Assembly: GCA_963662625.1 (NCBI GenBank)
Contig: OY759726.1
Coordinates: 704,001-768,000 of the forward strand
Direction of reading: 5' to 3'
Source of the DNA: Nitrosopumilus sp.
GTDB taxonomy: Archaea > Thermoproteota > Nitrososphaeria > Nitrososphaerales > Nitrosopumilaceae
Length of the DNA stretch: 64,000 bases
Shown here: piece by piece, positions 29,651 to 40,637 of the stretch
How positions within the stretch are numbered: the stretch's first letter is position 1
How the letters are laid out: each line of letters starts with the position of its first letter
Translations under genes and position numbers: made by a program
The notes under the pieces: model-generated
What the model was told of the DNA's origin: nothing
Database searches by the model: none
What the model saw: the letters and a program-made list of their open reading frames with translations, nothing else

Positions 29651-30274
29651 GCGCCCTATGCGGCCTGCCGCCGGGACCAAAAAACCCCGCGGGATCTGGG
29701 GCGTCGCGCCCCGCGTCCGCGGCTGGCGCGTGGCCCGTCCCGCGATCCCCGTCGCCGCGAAGCCCGCCCCCCCCCCCGGAATTCGCAAGGACCAATCATG
29801 CGCAACGCCTAATAATTCGGCCGGCCAAGTACCGGCATGGCACATAGCGCTAACGTTACAAAGAGCAAGGGGAAGGGCGGGTGGCCGTCCAAGAACCCCG
29901 GCAAGCCGTCAGGCGGCGGCAGGGACAACAACTAGGGCCCCGCCCGCCATTCTTTTTTTTTGCAAGCCAGCGCGGCGCCCGCCGCGGGGTCTCCCGGATC
30001 TCCGGCGCGGGCTGTGCGTTTTGCGTCATCCCTGCAAACCGTTTCGTCGGCGCCCATGCCCGCGCGCACCGCCAAGGGGCATTCCGTGCTGTTTTTAGGA
30101 TCTGCGTGGGCCAGGGCGCGGCGTTTTGCGGCATCCCGGGGGCGATCCTCCCCTACGCACGGCCGGCCCCCCGCGAGCCCCCGTGCCGGGGGCCCGGGCG
30201 CGGGAGCCGGGGAATCGCCCCTGGCGCGCCGCCGAAGTAATATTAAAAAGGGGATGGATCGATACCCAATCTGA

Positions 30275-31903
30275 ATGGCATCGATTCAGCAGGGCCCGAA
30301 CGGGCCGGTACTGGTCCTAAAGGAGAGCGCCCTGCAGCAGAAGGGCAAGGACGCCCAGCAGAACAACATCACGGCCGCGAAGCTGGTGGCCGACCTGGTG
30401 CGCAGCAGCCTAGGGCCGCGCGGCCTTGACAAGATGCTGGTGGACTCGCTAGGCGACGTCACCATCACGAACGACGGCGCCACCATCCTCAAGGAGATCG
30501 ACGTGCAGCACCCCGCCGCCAAGATGATGGTCGAGATCTCGAAGACCGTGGACAACGAGGTGGGGGACGGCACGACGTCGTCGGTGGTATTCGGCGGGGC
30601 CCTGCTCGCCAGGGCCGAGGAACTGCTCAAGAAAGACGTCCACTCGTCGGTAATCGTCGAGGGGTACCAGGCGGCGGCCGAAAAGACGCTCGAGATTTAC
30701 GCCAAGCTGGCCAAGAAGATAGAGCCCGACGACCGCGGGTCGCTCCTGAAGATCGCCAACACCAGCATGCAGTCGAAGCTGATCTCGGAGGACGGCGACG
30801 CGATATCCAAGATCGTGGTCAACGCGATCCTGGAGGTGGCCACGAAGCAGGCAAGCGAGTACGCGGTGGACCTAGACAACATAAAGGTGGAGAAGAAGGC
30901 CGGCGGCTCCATCCAGGACACGCAGGTGGTCAGGGGGATAGTCTTGGACAAGGAGATAGTCCACAGCGCGATGCCCACGAGGATCGAGAAGGCGAAGATC
31001 GCGCTGCTGAACGCGGCGCTGGAGATAGAAAAGACCGAGATGAGCTCGGAGATAAGGATTACCGACCCGACCCAGATGCAGATGTTCCTCGAGGAGGAGA
31101 ACAGGCTGCTAAAGTCAATGGTCGACCAGATTCACGACGTCGGGGCCAACGTGCTGATCTGCCAGAAGGGGATCGACGACATCGCGCAGCACTACCTCTC
31201 AAAGCACGGCATAATGGCGGTCCGCCGCGTCAAGGAGAGCGACATGATCAAGCTCTCAAAGGCCACAGGCGGGCGCGTCACCACCAGCCTCGACGACCTC
31301 ACCGAGGGCGACCTCGGCGTGGCCGACCTGGCGCACCAGAAGAAGGTAGAGTCCGACAAGTGGGTGTTCATAGAGGGGTGCAGGCACCCCCAGTCCGTGA
31401 CCCTCCTGATCAGGGGCGGATCCCAGCGGGTGATCGACGAGGTGGACCGCTCGATCCACGACTCGCTCATGGTGGTCAAGGACGTCATAGAAAAGCCGGA
31501 GATCGTCGCGGGCGGAGGCGCCCCCGAGTCGTACGCTGCGGCCCAGCTGAAGGACTGGGCAGACAGCTTCGACGGCCGGCAGCAGCTCGCGATAAAAAAG
31601 TACGCCGAGGCGCTTGAGACCATCCCGCTCACCATAGCGGAGAACGCCGGGATGGACCCCATCGACACGATGGCCAACCTCAGGGCCAAGCAGAACCAGG
31701 GCCACAAGTGGACCGGCATAGACGCGAGGCACACCAAGATAGAGGACATGCTCTCGATCGACGTCATCGAGCCCATTGCGGTAAAGGAGCAGATCATAAA
31801 GTCGGCCACCGAGGCAGCTTGCATGGTCCTGCGCATCGACGACGTCATCGCGGTGTCCGGCGAGCCCTCTGGCGGCGGCCCCCCCGCCCCGCCGATGGGC
31901 TAG
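30275..31903 (+). CDS. Thermosome (group II chaperonin) subunit
   Basis: SLGPRGLDKML, TNDGATIL, GDGTT, LRIDD. Confidence 0.97.
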   Translation: MASIQQGPNGPVLVLKESALQQKGKDAQQNNITAAKLVADLVRSSLGPRGLDKMLVDSLGDVTITNDGATILKEIDVQHPAAKMMVEISKTVDNEVGDGTTSSVVFGGALLARAEELLKKDVHSSVIVEGYQAAAEKTLEIYAKLAKKIEPDDRGSLLKIANTSMQSKLISEDGDAISKIVVNAILEVATKQASEYAVDLDNIKVEKKAGGSIQDTQVVRGIVLDKEIVHSAMPTRIEKAKIALLNAALEIEKTEMSSEIRITDPTQMQMFLEEENRLLKSMVDQIHDVGANVLICQKGIDDIAQHYLSKHGIMAVRRVKESDMIKLSKATGGRVTTSLDDLTEGDLGVADLAHQKKVESDKWVFIEGCRHPQSVTLLIRGGSQRVIDEVDRSIHDSLMVVKDVIEKPEIVAGGGAPESYAAAQLKDWADSFDGRQQLAIKKYAEALETIPLTIAENAGMDPIDTMANLRAKQNQGHKWTGIDARHTKIEDMLSIDVIEPIAVKEQIIKSATEAACMVLRIDDVIAVSGEPSGGGPPAPPMG

Positions 31904-31928
31904 GGCGCGCACGATTTTCGCGTTGCCA

Positions 31929-32795
31929 ATGCACAGGATCGGCATCGACCTGGGCGGCACGAAGACCGAGGGCATCCTGCTCGACGGGTCCCTCGGGGTT
32001 GTCAGCAGGAAGAGGATCCCCACGCCCAAGGACGACTACCGTGGGATCGTCGGCGCCGTCGCGTCCCTGGTGGCCGAGCTGGCAGGCGGCATCGAGGAGT
32101 ATTCCGTGGGGGTGTGCACCCCGGGGGCCGTCGCCAGGGGCTCGGGCCTCATGCAGAACAGCAACACGGGGTGCCTGTCGGGCGCCCCGCTCGGGAGGGA
32201 CCTCGGGGAGGCGCTGGGCCGCGGGGTCGCCCTAGAAAACGACGCGAACTGCTTTGCCGCCGCCGAGGCGACGCTGGGCAGCGCCAGGGGCCACTCCGTG
32301 GTGTTTGGCGTGATAATGGGGACCGGGGTCGGCGGCGGGATCGCGATAGACGGGAGGGTGCGCCGCGGGAGGCTGAACATCGCCGGCGAGTGGGGGCACG
32401 CGGCCCTGCACCCCGGCGGGAACGCGTGCTACTGCGGCCGATCCGGCTGCGCCGAGGCGTACCTTTCCGGCCCGGCCCTCGAGGGCAGGTGGCGGGAGCT
32501 CACCGGCAGGCGCCAGGCGCTGCCCGAGATCGTGCGGGAGCTCGACTCCCCGGAGGGCAGGCGGTTCAAGCGCGGGTGGCTCGATGACTTTGGGCTGGGC
32601 CTTGCCAACGTGATCGACGTCCTGGATCCCGACGCGGTAGTGCTGGGGGGCGGGGTGTCAAACGTCGGCTTCCTGTACACCGAGGGCAGGGACGCCGTCT
32701 ACGAGAGGGTGTTTGCCGACTTTGTGGACACGCCGATCCTCAGGAACCAGCTCGGCGACTCGGCGGGCGTGTTCGGCGCCGCGCTGCTGGAGTGA
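31929..32795 (+). CDS. ROK-family sugar kinase
   Basis: IGIDLGGTK, ENDAN, GTGVGGG, AGEWGH, CYCG..GC.E. Confidence 0.92.
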   Translation: MHRIGIDLGGTKTEGILLDGSLGVVSRKRIPTPKDDYRGIVGAVASLVAELAGGIEEYSVGVCTPGAVARGSGLMQNSNTGCLSGAPLGRDLGEALGRGVALENDANCFAAAEATLGSARGHSVVFGVIMGTGVGGGIAIDGRVRRGRLNIAGEWGHAALHPGGNACYCGRSGCAEAYLSGPALEGRWRELTGRRQALPEIVRELDSPEGRRFKRGWLDDFGLGLANVIDVLDPDAVVLGGGVSNVGFLYTEGRDAVYERVFADFVDTPILRNQLGDSAGVFGAALLE

Positions 32796-32818
32796 CGCGC
32801 CCGGGCGCGCCCGCCGGC

Positions 32819-34342
32819 TCACTGCGGCTCGATGGTGGATGGCGGCTTGCTCGATATCGCGTAGGTGACCCAGGTGACGTCCTCTATCTCGTTTGTTATC
32901 CTGTTGCTCATCCTCTCCAGCAGGTCGTGGGGCAGCCTGGTCCAGTCGGCGGTCATGGCGTCGACAGAGTCGACCACCCTCACGGTCACCACGTTGCCGT
33001 ACATCCGCTCGTCGCCGACCACCCCCACCGCGCGGTCGTCGCCCACCGCGGCGTACGCCTGCCACACCTTCCCGTACAGCCCGGCCTCCCTCAGCTCGTC
33101 CTCGACTATCTTGCTTGCGATCCTCGCCGTGTCCAGCTTCTTCCCGGTGACCTCCCCCATCACCCGGACTGCCAGCCCGGGGCCCGGGAACGGGTGCCTC
33201 ATGAGGACGCCCTCCGGCACGCCCAGCAACCTCGCGATCTCCCTCACCTCGTCCTTGTACAGGTCCCGCAGCGGCTCCAGCACCTCCAGGCCCAGCTCCT
33301 CTGGCAGGCCCCCCACGTTGTGGTGCGACTTTATGACCGCCGCCGGCCCCTTCGAGACGCCGCTCTCGATCACGTCCGGGTAGAGGGTGCCCTGCGCCAG
33401 CCACCGGAACGGCCCGTTGCCCTCCGCAAAGCCGGTGAACGCCCGGGCGAACTCCCTGCCCACTATGGCCCTCTTCCTTTCGGGGTCTTCCACCCCCCTG
33501 AGCGCGCCGAGGAACTCCCGCGACGCGTCCACCGCGCTAAAGTCCACCTTAAAGTGCTCCCTGAACATCTTCCCGATCTCCTCGGCCTCGCCCAGCCTCA
33601 ACAGCCCGTTGTCCACGAAGACGCACTTCAGCCGGTCCCCGACGGCCCTGTGGATCAGTATGGCGGCCACCGTGGAGTCTATCCCGCCGCTCACCCCGCA
33701 TAGCACGTTGCCCTCGATCGCGGCGATCTTCTCCACCGCGGAGTCTACAAAGCCCTCCATGGTCCAGTCCTGCCTGGCCCCGCACACCTTCAGGGCGAAG
33801 TTCTCGAGGATCTTCCCGCCGCGCTCGGTGTGGGCCACCTCCGGGTGGAACTGTATCCCGTAGACCGGCCCCTCGTCCGAGGCGATCGCGGCCGCCCCCG
33901 AGGCCTCGGTGTGCCCTATCACCCTGAAGCCGGGGGGCAGCTCCTCTGCCTCGTCCCCGTGGCTCATCCACGCCCGGACCGGCCCGCCCAGCCCGCCGAG
34001 CAGCCCCCCGTCGTCGTCCACCACCAGCAGCGACGAGCCGTATTCCCTGTTCGCCCGCTTTACCCTCCCGCCGAACCTGTCGACTATCAGCTGGTGGCCG
34101 TAGCAGATCCCCAGGAGCGGCAGGCCGGCCTCGAAGATCGCGGCGTCGGGGGCCGGCGCGCCGGGGCTGTACACGCTCGACGGGCCCCCGGACAGGATCA
34201 CGCCCTTCGGGCCGTGCGCCCGCAGCTCGTCGGGGCCGATGTCGTACGGGACCAGCTCCGCGTAGACCGAGAACTCCCGGATCCTCCTGCATATGAGGTG
34301 GCTGTACTGGGAGCCAAAGTCCAAAACCAGAATCTTGTCCAT
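32819..34342 (-). CDS. guaA: GMP synthase (glutamine-hydrolysing)
   Basis: LDFGSQY, GICYG, QFHPE, SGGIDS, IKSHHN, HPFPGPG. Confidence 0.97.
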   Translation of the reverse strand: MDKILVLDFGSQYSHLICRRIREFSVYAELVPYDIGPDELRAHGPKGVILSGGPSSVYSPGAPAPDAAIFEAGLPLLGICYGHQLIVDRFGGRVKRANREYGSSLLVVDDDGGLLGGLGGPVRAWMSHGDEAEELPPGFRVIGHTEASGAAAIASDEGPVYGIQFHPEVAHTERGGKILENFALKVCGARQDWTMEGFVDSAVEKIAAIEGNVLCGVSGGIDSTVAAILIHRAVGDRLKCVFVDNGLLRLGEAEEIGKMFREHFKVDFSAVDASREFLGALRGVEDPERKRAIVGREFARAFTGFAEGNGPFRWLAQGTLYPDVIESGVSKGPAAVIKSHHNVGGLPEELGLEVLEPLRDLYKDEVREIARLLGVPEGVLMRHPFPGPGLAVRVMGEVTGKKLDTARIASKIVEDELREAGLYGKVWQAYAAVGDDRAVGVVGDERMYGNVVTVRVVDSVDAMTADWTRLPHDLLERMSNRITNEIEDVTWVTYAISSKPPSTIEPQ

Positions 34343-34346
34343 TTGA

Positions 34347-34946
34347 TCACTTTGCGTTCTCAAGCATGCGAGCCAGCGACCAGCCCGCCGTGTTGATGAT
34401 CTCGTCGGCCCTCTCCTTCAGCCGGTAGTTCCTGACGACGATCTCCCGTATCCCCGAGTCGTCCTCGCTGACGTCGCAGTCGATGACCGAGTCCCTCCGT
34501 ATGGCCCCGGCGTCCGCGTCAGAGGCGTCCTTCCTCCGCATGCCCCCGATTATCCTGTCTAGGAAAAACGACCTGAAGGGCGGCGTCTCGGCCCCGACCC
34601 GCACGCGGCCGTCAAGCACGATGGAGATCTCGCCGGGCGTGACGCGCGCCCTTGCCATCACCTGCCCGCCGCGCCCGTCGGTGATCGGGATGCCGTCCCC
34701 GGCGGTCCCGCCTTGGCCAACGCCGGGCTTCCGGGGGCTTTCCGGGTCGGCGCCCTCGCCCCCGGCGGTCCCGCCGCCGTGCGCCAGCGACGAGGCCTTT
34801 GCGAAGCTGGACCCCTTGAGGACGGTGTCCAGGATCCCGAGGTTCTGCTCCAGCAGCTCCGCTGCCTCCCTGTGCTCCTCGGCCCTGGCAGACAGGTAGT
34901 CCCTCAGCTCGATGATCTTGCGGATCTGCCCCTCCGAAAACCCCAT
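34347..34946 (-). CDS. Hypothetical protein
   Basis: ORF in operon position between mptE and guaA. Confidence 0.7.
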   Translation of the reverse strand: MGFSEGQIRKIIELRDYLSARAEEHREAAELLEQNLGILDTVLKGSSFAKASSLAHGGGTAGGEGADPESPRKPGVGQGGTAGDGIPITDGRGGQVMARARVTPGEISIVLDGRVRVGAETPPFRSFFLDRIIGGMRRKDASDADAGAIRRDSVIDCDVSEDDSGIREIVVRNYRLKERADEIINTAGWSLARMLENAK

Positions 34947-34980
34947 GGCCTGGTACCGCGCGGCGGGTATTAAATTCATT

Positions 34981-35718
34981 CTAGGGGATCAGGCCGCCCA
35001 GGTCGGCGGGCCGGACCTTCCTGAACCCCCGCACCGGGCGCGACACGGTCAGCAGCTCCGAGCCCGTCCTCCCCGACAGCCATTCCAGGAGCTCCCTTGA
35101 CTTTTCCAGCTTACGCAGCTTGGCCCGCACGTCGGATCCCCTCGTCCCCGAGAGCCTCCCCACGGCGCCGTCATAGTCCATGCCGAACAGCACGATCCTC
35201 CCGGCGCCGAAGTGGCTTGCGAGGAACACGGCCCTGTCGCCGTCCGTAAAGCCGCCGAAGTTCTGCACGGTCCCGTACGGCTCGGACTGCGTGGTGCCCA
35301 GCCGGTTCCTGAAGCTCCTCGCCAGGTGCAGCCTGTGGATGTTGTCGCCGTGGGCGTGCACCGCGAAGATCGTCCCCAGCCTGCCGCACCTCCTCAGGGA
35401 CTCCTCGTCCCCGTCAAGGTCCGTGACTATGACGTCTGGCACTATGCCACCGCGGATCAGCGGCTTTACGGCGCTGTCCGCGGCGATCTTGGCGACGCCC
35501 CCGAACCCCTTCAGGACGGGCACCGCCCTCCCGAGCGACGGCCCCGCGCCGACTACGAAGACGGTCCTGCCCCCGATCAGCGCGGCCAGGGCCCCGTCCG
35601 GGACGGTCCTGCCTGCCACGTGGTCCAGTATGATCGAGGCCTCGTAGTCCAGGCGCCGGTCGTATTTGAACTCCCTCGCGATCTCCAGATACTTGCCGCG
35701 CCACCCCCGAACCGCCAT
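34981..35718 (-). CDS. mptE: 6-hydroxymethyl-7,8-dihydropterin pyrophosphokinase (MptE-like)
   Basis: GAGPSL, AAD, VTDLDG, VHAHGDN, FGGFTDGDRA; divergent from folP. Confidence 0.88.
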   Translation of the reverse strand: MAVRGWRGKYLEIAREFKYDRRLDYEASIILDHVAGRTVPDGALAALIGGRTVFVVGAGPSLGRAVPVLKGFGGVAKIAADSAVKPLIRGGIVPDVIVTDLDGDEESLRRCGRLGTIFAVHAHGDNIHRLHLARSFRNRLGTTQSEPYGTVQNFGGFTDGDRAVFLASHFGAGRIVLFGMDYDGAVGRLSGTRGSDVRAKLRKLEKSRELLEWLSGRTGSELLTVSRPVRGFRKVRPADLGGLIP

Positions 35719-35752
35719 ACCACTCAAATTAGCAGGGTTTGTGATAAACCAT

Positions 35753-36616
35753 GTGAACAAGCTTGGGGGCGTGCCGGTCGGGGGGGGCAGCCCCGTCCGG
35801 GTGATGGGGATACTTAACGCGAGTCCCGAGTCGTTCTACAAGAAGTCGGTCATGGCCTCGCCGGCCCGGATGCGGAGCGCCGCGGCCCGGATGGAGATGG
35901 AAGGCGCCGACTTTGTCGACGTGGGGGGGGCGTCCACCGCGCCGTACCTGCCCACCGCGGTGCCCGAGAGGACGGAGGCGGCGCGGGTCCTCAAGGCCGT
36001 CAGGGCTGTCCAGGACGCTACGAACCTGCCCGTCTCGGTGGACACGTGCAGGGCGTCGGTCGCCAGGGCGGCGCTGGAGTGCGGCGCGGAGATACTCAAC
36101 GACGTCACGGGCCTCAAGTTCGACGCGGGGATGCGCGGGGTGGTCTCGGAGTTTGGGCCCTCGCTGGTCCTGTGCGCGTACGGGGCCGGGCGCGCGGCGG
36201 GCGATCCCGCCGGGTCGGCCAGGGCCCTGCTGCGGCAGAGCGTCTCGATTGCGAGGGGCTGCGGCGTGCCTTCCAGCAGGATCGTGCTGGATCCCGCCAT
36301 AGGGTTCTTCAGGAGGGCCGGCAGCGGGGGCGCCTTTACCAGGACGGGTTCCGACTGGGCCGACAGGGACGTCCGGGTCATCTCCCGGCTGCGGTCGATA
36401 GGGCGGGGGCGCCCCGTGCTGGTGTCCGTCTCCAACAAGTCGTTCCTGGGGAGGATCCTCGGCAGGGACGCGCCGGAGGACAGGCTGTTCGGGAGCGTCG
36501 CCGCCGAGGCAGTCTCCGTGGTCAACGGGGCGGACGTCGTCCGCACCCACAACGTCGCGCAGACCAGGGACGCGGTCGCTGTGGCCTCCAGGCTGTCCGG
36601 GCGCGCCGCCGGCTGA
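35753..36616 (+). CDS. folP: Dihydropteroate synthase
   Basis: VMGILN.SPESF, DVGG.ST, SVDT, LDPAIGF, SNKSF, RTHNV. Confidence 0.92.
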   Translation: MNKLGGVPVGGGSPVRVMGILNASPESFYKKSVMASPARMRSAAARMEMEGADFVDVGGASTAPYLPTAVPERTEAARVLKAVRAVQDATNLPVSVDTCRASVARAALECGAEILNDVTGLKFDAGMRGVVSEFGPSLVLCAYGAGRAAGDPAGSARALLRQSVSIARGCGVPSSRIVLDPAIGFFRRAGSGGAFTRTGSDWADRDVRVISRLRSIGRGRPVLVSVSNKSFLGRILGRDAPEDRLFGSVAAEAVSVVNGADVVRTHNVAQTRDAVAVASRLSGRAAG

Positions 36617-36640
36617 TCCCGGGGCGGCGGGCCGCCGCGC

Positions 36641-38407
36641 CTAGCTGCGCAGCGGCGGGACGACCTTCCTCCTCTTGACGTCCACCATGCCGCCCGACAG
36701 CATGCGCACCGACGGCAGCGCCAGGAACGGCAGGAAGAGCGGCACCAGGTGGGGCCTCGGAAACCTGCACCCGGAGTCCGCCAGGCACGAGTTGACCCCC
36801 TCAAAGTCCGACAGCACCCTTTCAAACGGGTCGGCCGACATTATCCCGGCGACCGGCAGCCTGAGGGACGCCAGGACCTTCCCGCCTGCGGCGACGCACA
36901 TCCCGCCCCGGCTCCTCACCAGGTGGTTTGCCGCCGCCGCCATGTCGGAGTCGTCGGTGCCCAGGACGATCATGTCGTTCTCGTGCAGGCTCCACGTCGA
37001 CGCGAAGGCGCCCACCCCCGCGCCGAAGTTCTCGAGGAACCCGACCGCGCGGCGCCCGGTCCCGTGGACGCGGTCTAGGGCCGCCACCTTCCACACGTCC
37101 CGGTCGCGGGACGCGGCGACGCCGCCGTCCCTCACCCGCAGTTCGGCCGCGCCCAGCTTCGTGATGATCTCGGTCAGGAGGAGGATCGTGTTTGCCGTGA
37201 CGGCGCCCTTTTTGGAGGGCACCGCGAAGTCTGCCGGGCGCAGCATGCGCAGCCTGACGGTGTCCTTGATCCAGGCCCGGGGGGCCTTCCTGCGGATCCT
37301 TGCCGCCAGCCTGCCGCCGGAGACGGCCAGCTTCCCGCCCACGAACACCGTGTCGGGCCTGATCGACTCCAGGTCGTCAAAGACCACCATGTCGGCCAGC
37401 CTCCCGGGGGCGATCCCGCCCAGGTCCCTCCCCATGCCGTAATAGTCAAAGCAGTTCCTGGACGCCACCGTTATCGCGTCCTCGGGCCTCATCCCCAGCC
37501 TGACCGACTCCCTGACGCAGTGGTCGATGTGGCCGTGCCGGTCCAGGCCCGGGGGGTCCAGCCCGTCGGAGCAGAACATCAGCCTGTCCGTGTACGTGCC
37601 GCTGGACAGCACCCCGGGCACTATCCTGCCCAGGTCGCGCCGGATGGATCCCTCCCTTATCATGACCCACATGCCCAGGCGCAGCCTCTCGAGCGACTGG
37701 TCAAAGTCTATGGGCTCGTGGCACGACATGATCCCCGAGGCCACGTACGCGTTGAGCTTCCTGCCCGCGGCGCCCGCGGTGTGGCCGTTGATGACGCGGC
37801 CCGCCTCCAGCATGGCCGACAGGGACCGCATCGTCCCGGGATCGCGCATGGTCACCTTGGTCCACGAGAACACCTCCCCCATCCCCAGGACGCCCGGGCG
37901 CTTCAGCGCCGCCCTCTCCTGCGACGGGCTGAGCGTCCTGGCGGTGCTGAACTTCACGTCCACCGGCAGCCCGCCGGGGACCACCTGGAAGACCCTTATC
38001 GGCAGGTCCTCGCCGAGCCGCAGGAACTCGAGGAACCCCCTGTACCCCGCGACGCTGACCACGTCCACCGGGTCGGAGAAGAGCGACGTCACCCCGCACA
38101 GCAGCGACCTCCGTGCCAGCTCGGAGGGCAGGACGAACTGGTCGATGTGGACGTGCGGGTCGGCGAGGCCGGGGCAGACGAACCTGCCCCCGGCGTCGAA
38201 CGTGGCCGTCCTGGGCCCCTCGGTGTGCCCCGCGTCCGGGCCCACGTACGCGATCCTGTCGCGGGTTACCGAGATCTGGGTGTCGGGGATCACCTCCCCG
38301 GTGTACACGGACACCAGCGAGCAGTTCTTCAGCACCAGGTCGGCCTTCCTGTCCCCCATGGCAGTCGAGTTCAGGGAGGGCGCCGCGGTCGCCAGGCTGG
38401 ATGTCAC
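36641..38407 (-). CDS. ade: Adenine deaminase
   Basis: DPHVHID, NGH, CHE, IREGS, GIAPGRLAD. Confidence 0.88.
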   Translation of the reverse strand: MTSSLATAAPSLNSTAMGDRKADLVLKNCSLVSVYTGEVIPDTQISVTRDRIAYVGPDAGHTEGPRTATFDAGGRFVCPGLADPHVHIDQFVLPSELARRSLLCGVTSLFSDPVDVVSVAGYRGFLEFLRLGEDLPIRVFQVVPGGLPVDVKFSTARTLSPSQERAALKRPGVLGMGEVFSWTKVTMRDPGTMRSLSAMLEAGRVINGHTAGAAGRKLNAYVASGIMSCHEPIDFDQSLERLRLGMWVMIREGSIRRDLGRIVPGVLSSGTYTDRLMFCSDGLDPPGLDRHGHIDHCVRESVRLGMRPEDAITVASRNCFDYYGMGRDLGGIAPGRLADMVVFDDLESIRPDTVFVGGKLAVSGGRLAARIRRKAPRAWIKDTVRLRMLRPADFAVPSKKGAVTANTILLLTEIITKLGAAELRVRDGGVAASRDRDVWKVAALDRVHGTGRRAVGFLENFGAGVGAFASTWSLHENDMIVLGTDDSDMAAAANHLVRSRGGMCVAAGGKVLASLRLPVAGIMSADPFERVLSDFEGVNSCLADSGCRFPRPHLVPLFLPFLALPSVRMLSGGMVDVKRRKVVPPLRS

Positions 38408-38483
38408 GGATCATGGTCGGGGCCCGCGCCTATTATAGGTTCGACGGGCGGCCCGGCGGCGCGCGCTTGGCCGCGCCCGGGGA

Positions 38484-38615
38484 TCAGATCTTGCCCAGGG
38501 TCTTCTTCTTGAAGGACTGGAGGTCGTCCCGGATCGCCTTCTCGAAGGCCTTGCGGTCCTCGCCGAGCTCGCTCTTCGACTCCTCCAGCAGGTTCTTGAG
38601 TTCGTCTTTTGCCAT
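38484..38615 (-). CDS. 43-aa helical protein at the end of the ATPase operon
   Basis: MAKDELKNLLEESK..., translationally coupled to the atpD stop. Confidence 0.6.
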   Translation of the reverse strand: MAKDELKNLLEESKSELGEDRKAFEKAIRDDLQSFKKKTLGKI

Positions 38616-39247
38616 TACTTCCTCTTCTCCATCACGGCCTTGAGTTTTTTTAACTTTGCGAATTCCTCGCGCTCCTTCTCCTCGAGCGTGGCGAGGATGA
38701 ACCTGATCCTCTGCTGGTACTGCGGGATGATGACGTTCTCGAGCGCGTTGAGGAGCTTCTGCGTCTTCTCGAGCGCCTTGGCCAGGCTGAAGATCGAGTT
38801 CTCGTACTCGGCGGCCTTGCAGATCTTGGGGAGCAGCTCCTTGATCTGCTTTGCGGCCCTGTCTATGGACGAGTTCGTGTCGGCAAACCCGTACGGCATC
38901 GACTTTGTGTCCTTTTCGGTGACGTGGAGCTCCGGGATCTTCACGTCCACCACCCTCCTCACCTTGATGTCCACCTCCATCACCGGCGGGGTGGACTCGG
39001 CCACGGAGTCCACCGTTACCGTGCCCAGCACCAGGTACGCCTCGTTCACGGACTTGTAGATGTCGTCGAGGGGGTCCCATATGCCCCCCCTGGCCTTGGA
39101 GGCCTCGTCGATCATCTCCTCGATGTTCTTCAGGAGGACCTTGCGCTTGTCGTCGAGGATCTTCTGGACCATCGTGGCGACCTGGTTGGAGCGCTTGTAC
39201 TTTAGCAGCTCGATCTTCGTTGCCGCCACGTTCTGCCCAAACGACAT
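38615..39247 (-). CDS. atpD: A/V-type ATP synthase subunit D
   Basis: TKIELL..LDDKR..LNALENVIIP..LEEKEREEF. Confidence 0.95.
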   Translation of the reverse strand: MSFGQNVAATKIELLKYKRSNQVATMVQKILDDKRKVLLKNIEEMIDEASKARGGIWDPLDDIYKSVNEAYLVLGTVTVDSVAESTPPVMEVDIKVRRVVDVKIPELHVTEKDTKSMPYGFADTNSSIDRAAKQIKELLPKICKAAEYENSIFSLAKALEKTQKLLNALENVIIPQYQQRIRFILATLEEKEREEFAKLKKLKAVMEKRK

Positions 39248-39251
39248 GCCG

Positions 39252-40637
39252 CTACTGGTCCTGGTAGTGCTGCTCTACGTACTTGTCCTTGATCTTGGTC
39301 AGCTCGTTCTTCGGAAGCTGGGACACGACCTTCCACAGGATGCCCAGCGTCTCCTCAAGCGTCCTGTTCTCGTCGGTCGCCTGGGAGAGGAACTCGTTCT
39401 CGAACACGTCCCCCACGTTCATGTACTTTAGGTCAATCTCGGTCAGCCCCGCCTTGCCGACGATCCCCGCCAGCGCCCTCACCTCCTGCGCCCTGGAATA
39501 CGCGTCGTAGTTCTGGTTTGAAATCTCGCCGTGGTCATCCCTGGTCCGCCCCTCGCCGATTCCGTCCTTCATCAGCCTGCTGAGGCTCATCAGGATGTTG
39601 ACCGGCGGGTAGACCCCCTGCCTGAACAGGTCCCTGCCCAGCACGACCTGGCCCTCTGTGATGTACCCCGTCAGGTCGGGGATCGGGTGCGTGATGTCGT
39701 CGGAGGGCATCGACAGGATCGGGACCTGCGTCACGCTGCCCTTCTTTCCGTTGAGCTTCCCGGCCCTCTCGTAGATGGTGGACAGGTCGGTGTAAAGGTA
39801 GCCCGGGTAGCCCTTCCGCCCCGGGACCTCCTCCCTGGCGGCGCTGATCTCCCTGAGCGCCTCGGCGTAGTTTGTCATGTCGGTGAGGATTACGAGCACG
39901 TGCATCCCCAGGTCGAACGCCAGGTACTCTGCGACCGTCAGCGCGACGCGCGGGGTGATGATTCTCTCGATTGCCGGGTCGTCTGCCAGGTTGAGGAACA
40001 GCACGCTCCTCTTCAGCGCGCCCGACTCCTCGAGGCTCCTCCTAAAGTATTCCGCCTCGCTGTACTGGACCCCGATCGCGGCGAAGACCACGGCGAACTC
40101 GTCCTGCGTCCCGATGACGGTGGCCTGCCTCGCGATCTGCGCCGCGAGGAGGTTGTGCGACATGCCGGATCCGGAGAATATCGGGAGCTTCTGGCCCCTG
40201 ACCAGCGTTATCATCCCGTCGATCACGGAGACCCCCGTCTGGATGAAGTCCTTGGGGTACTCGCGCTGTTCCGGGTTCATCGGCTCGCCGTTGATGTCGA
40301 TGAACCTGTCGGCTATCGGGTCGGGGAGGCCGTCCTTCGGCCTGCCCAGGCCGTCAAAGACCCTGCCCAGCACCTCCTTTGACACGGGCATCTCCATTAC
40401 CTTGCCGACGAACTTCGCGTTGGTTCCCGAGACTGACAGCCCCGTGGTCCCCTCGAACACCTGGACGATGGCCTGGCCGTTTCCCACCTCCAGCACCTTG
40501 CCCAGCCTGTGCTCCCCGTCGTTGGTCTCTACCTCGACCAGCTCGTCAAAGGCGGCGTTCTCGACGTCGTCGACCACCACCAGCGGGCCCTTTATCTCGG
40601 CAATCTTGCTGTACTGGACTCCGCCCTCGGCCGTCAA
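39252..40637 (-). CDS. atpB: A/V-type ATP synthase subunit B
   Basis: [39 protein letters not shown]. Confidence 0.97.
   Translation of the reverse strand: MTAEGGVQYSKIAEIKGPLVVVDDVENAAFDELVEVETNDGEHRLGKVLEVGNGQAIVQVFEGTTGLSVSGTNAKFVGKVMEMPVSKEVLGRVFDGLGRPKDGLPDPIADRFIDINGEPMNPEQREYPKDFIQTGVSVIDGMITLVRGQKLPIFSGSGMSHNLLAAQIARQATVIGTQDEFAVVFAAIGVQYSEAEYFRRSLEESGALKRSVLFLNLADDPAIERIITPRVALTVAEYLAFDLGMHVLVILTDMTNYAEALREISAAREEVPGRKGYPGYLYTDLSTIYERAGKLNGKKGSVTQVPILSMPSDDITHPIPDLTGYITEGQVVLGRDLFRQGVYPPVNILMSLSRLMKDGIGEGRTRDDHGEISNQNYDAYSRAQEVRALAGIVGKAGLTEIDLKYMNVGDVFENEFLSQATDENRTLEETLGILWKVVSQLPKNELTKIKDKYVEQHYQDQ

Noticed and set aside
29650-30240. Short GC-rich ORFs and a possible MITE downstream of the PIN gene
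   Set aside because: Arg/Pro/Gly-rich shadow translations; the inverted match (TAGGCG..CGCCTA) is too short to support.
36641-38407. Adenine deaminase as the A->G mutator
   Set aside because: Amidohydrolase-family Ade acts on the free base, and the gene lies near purine and folate genes.
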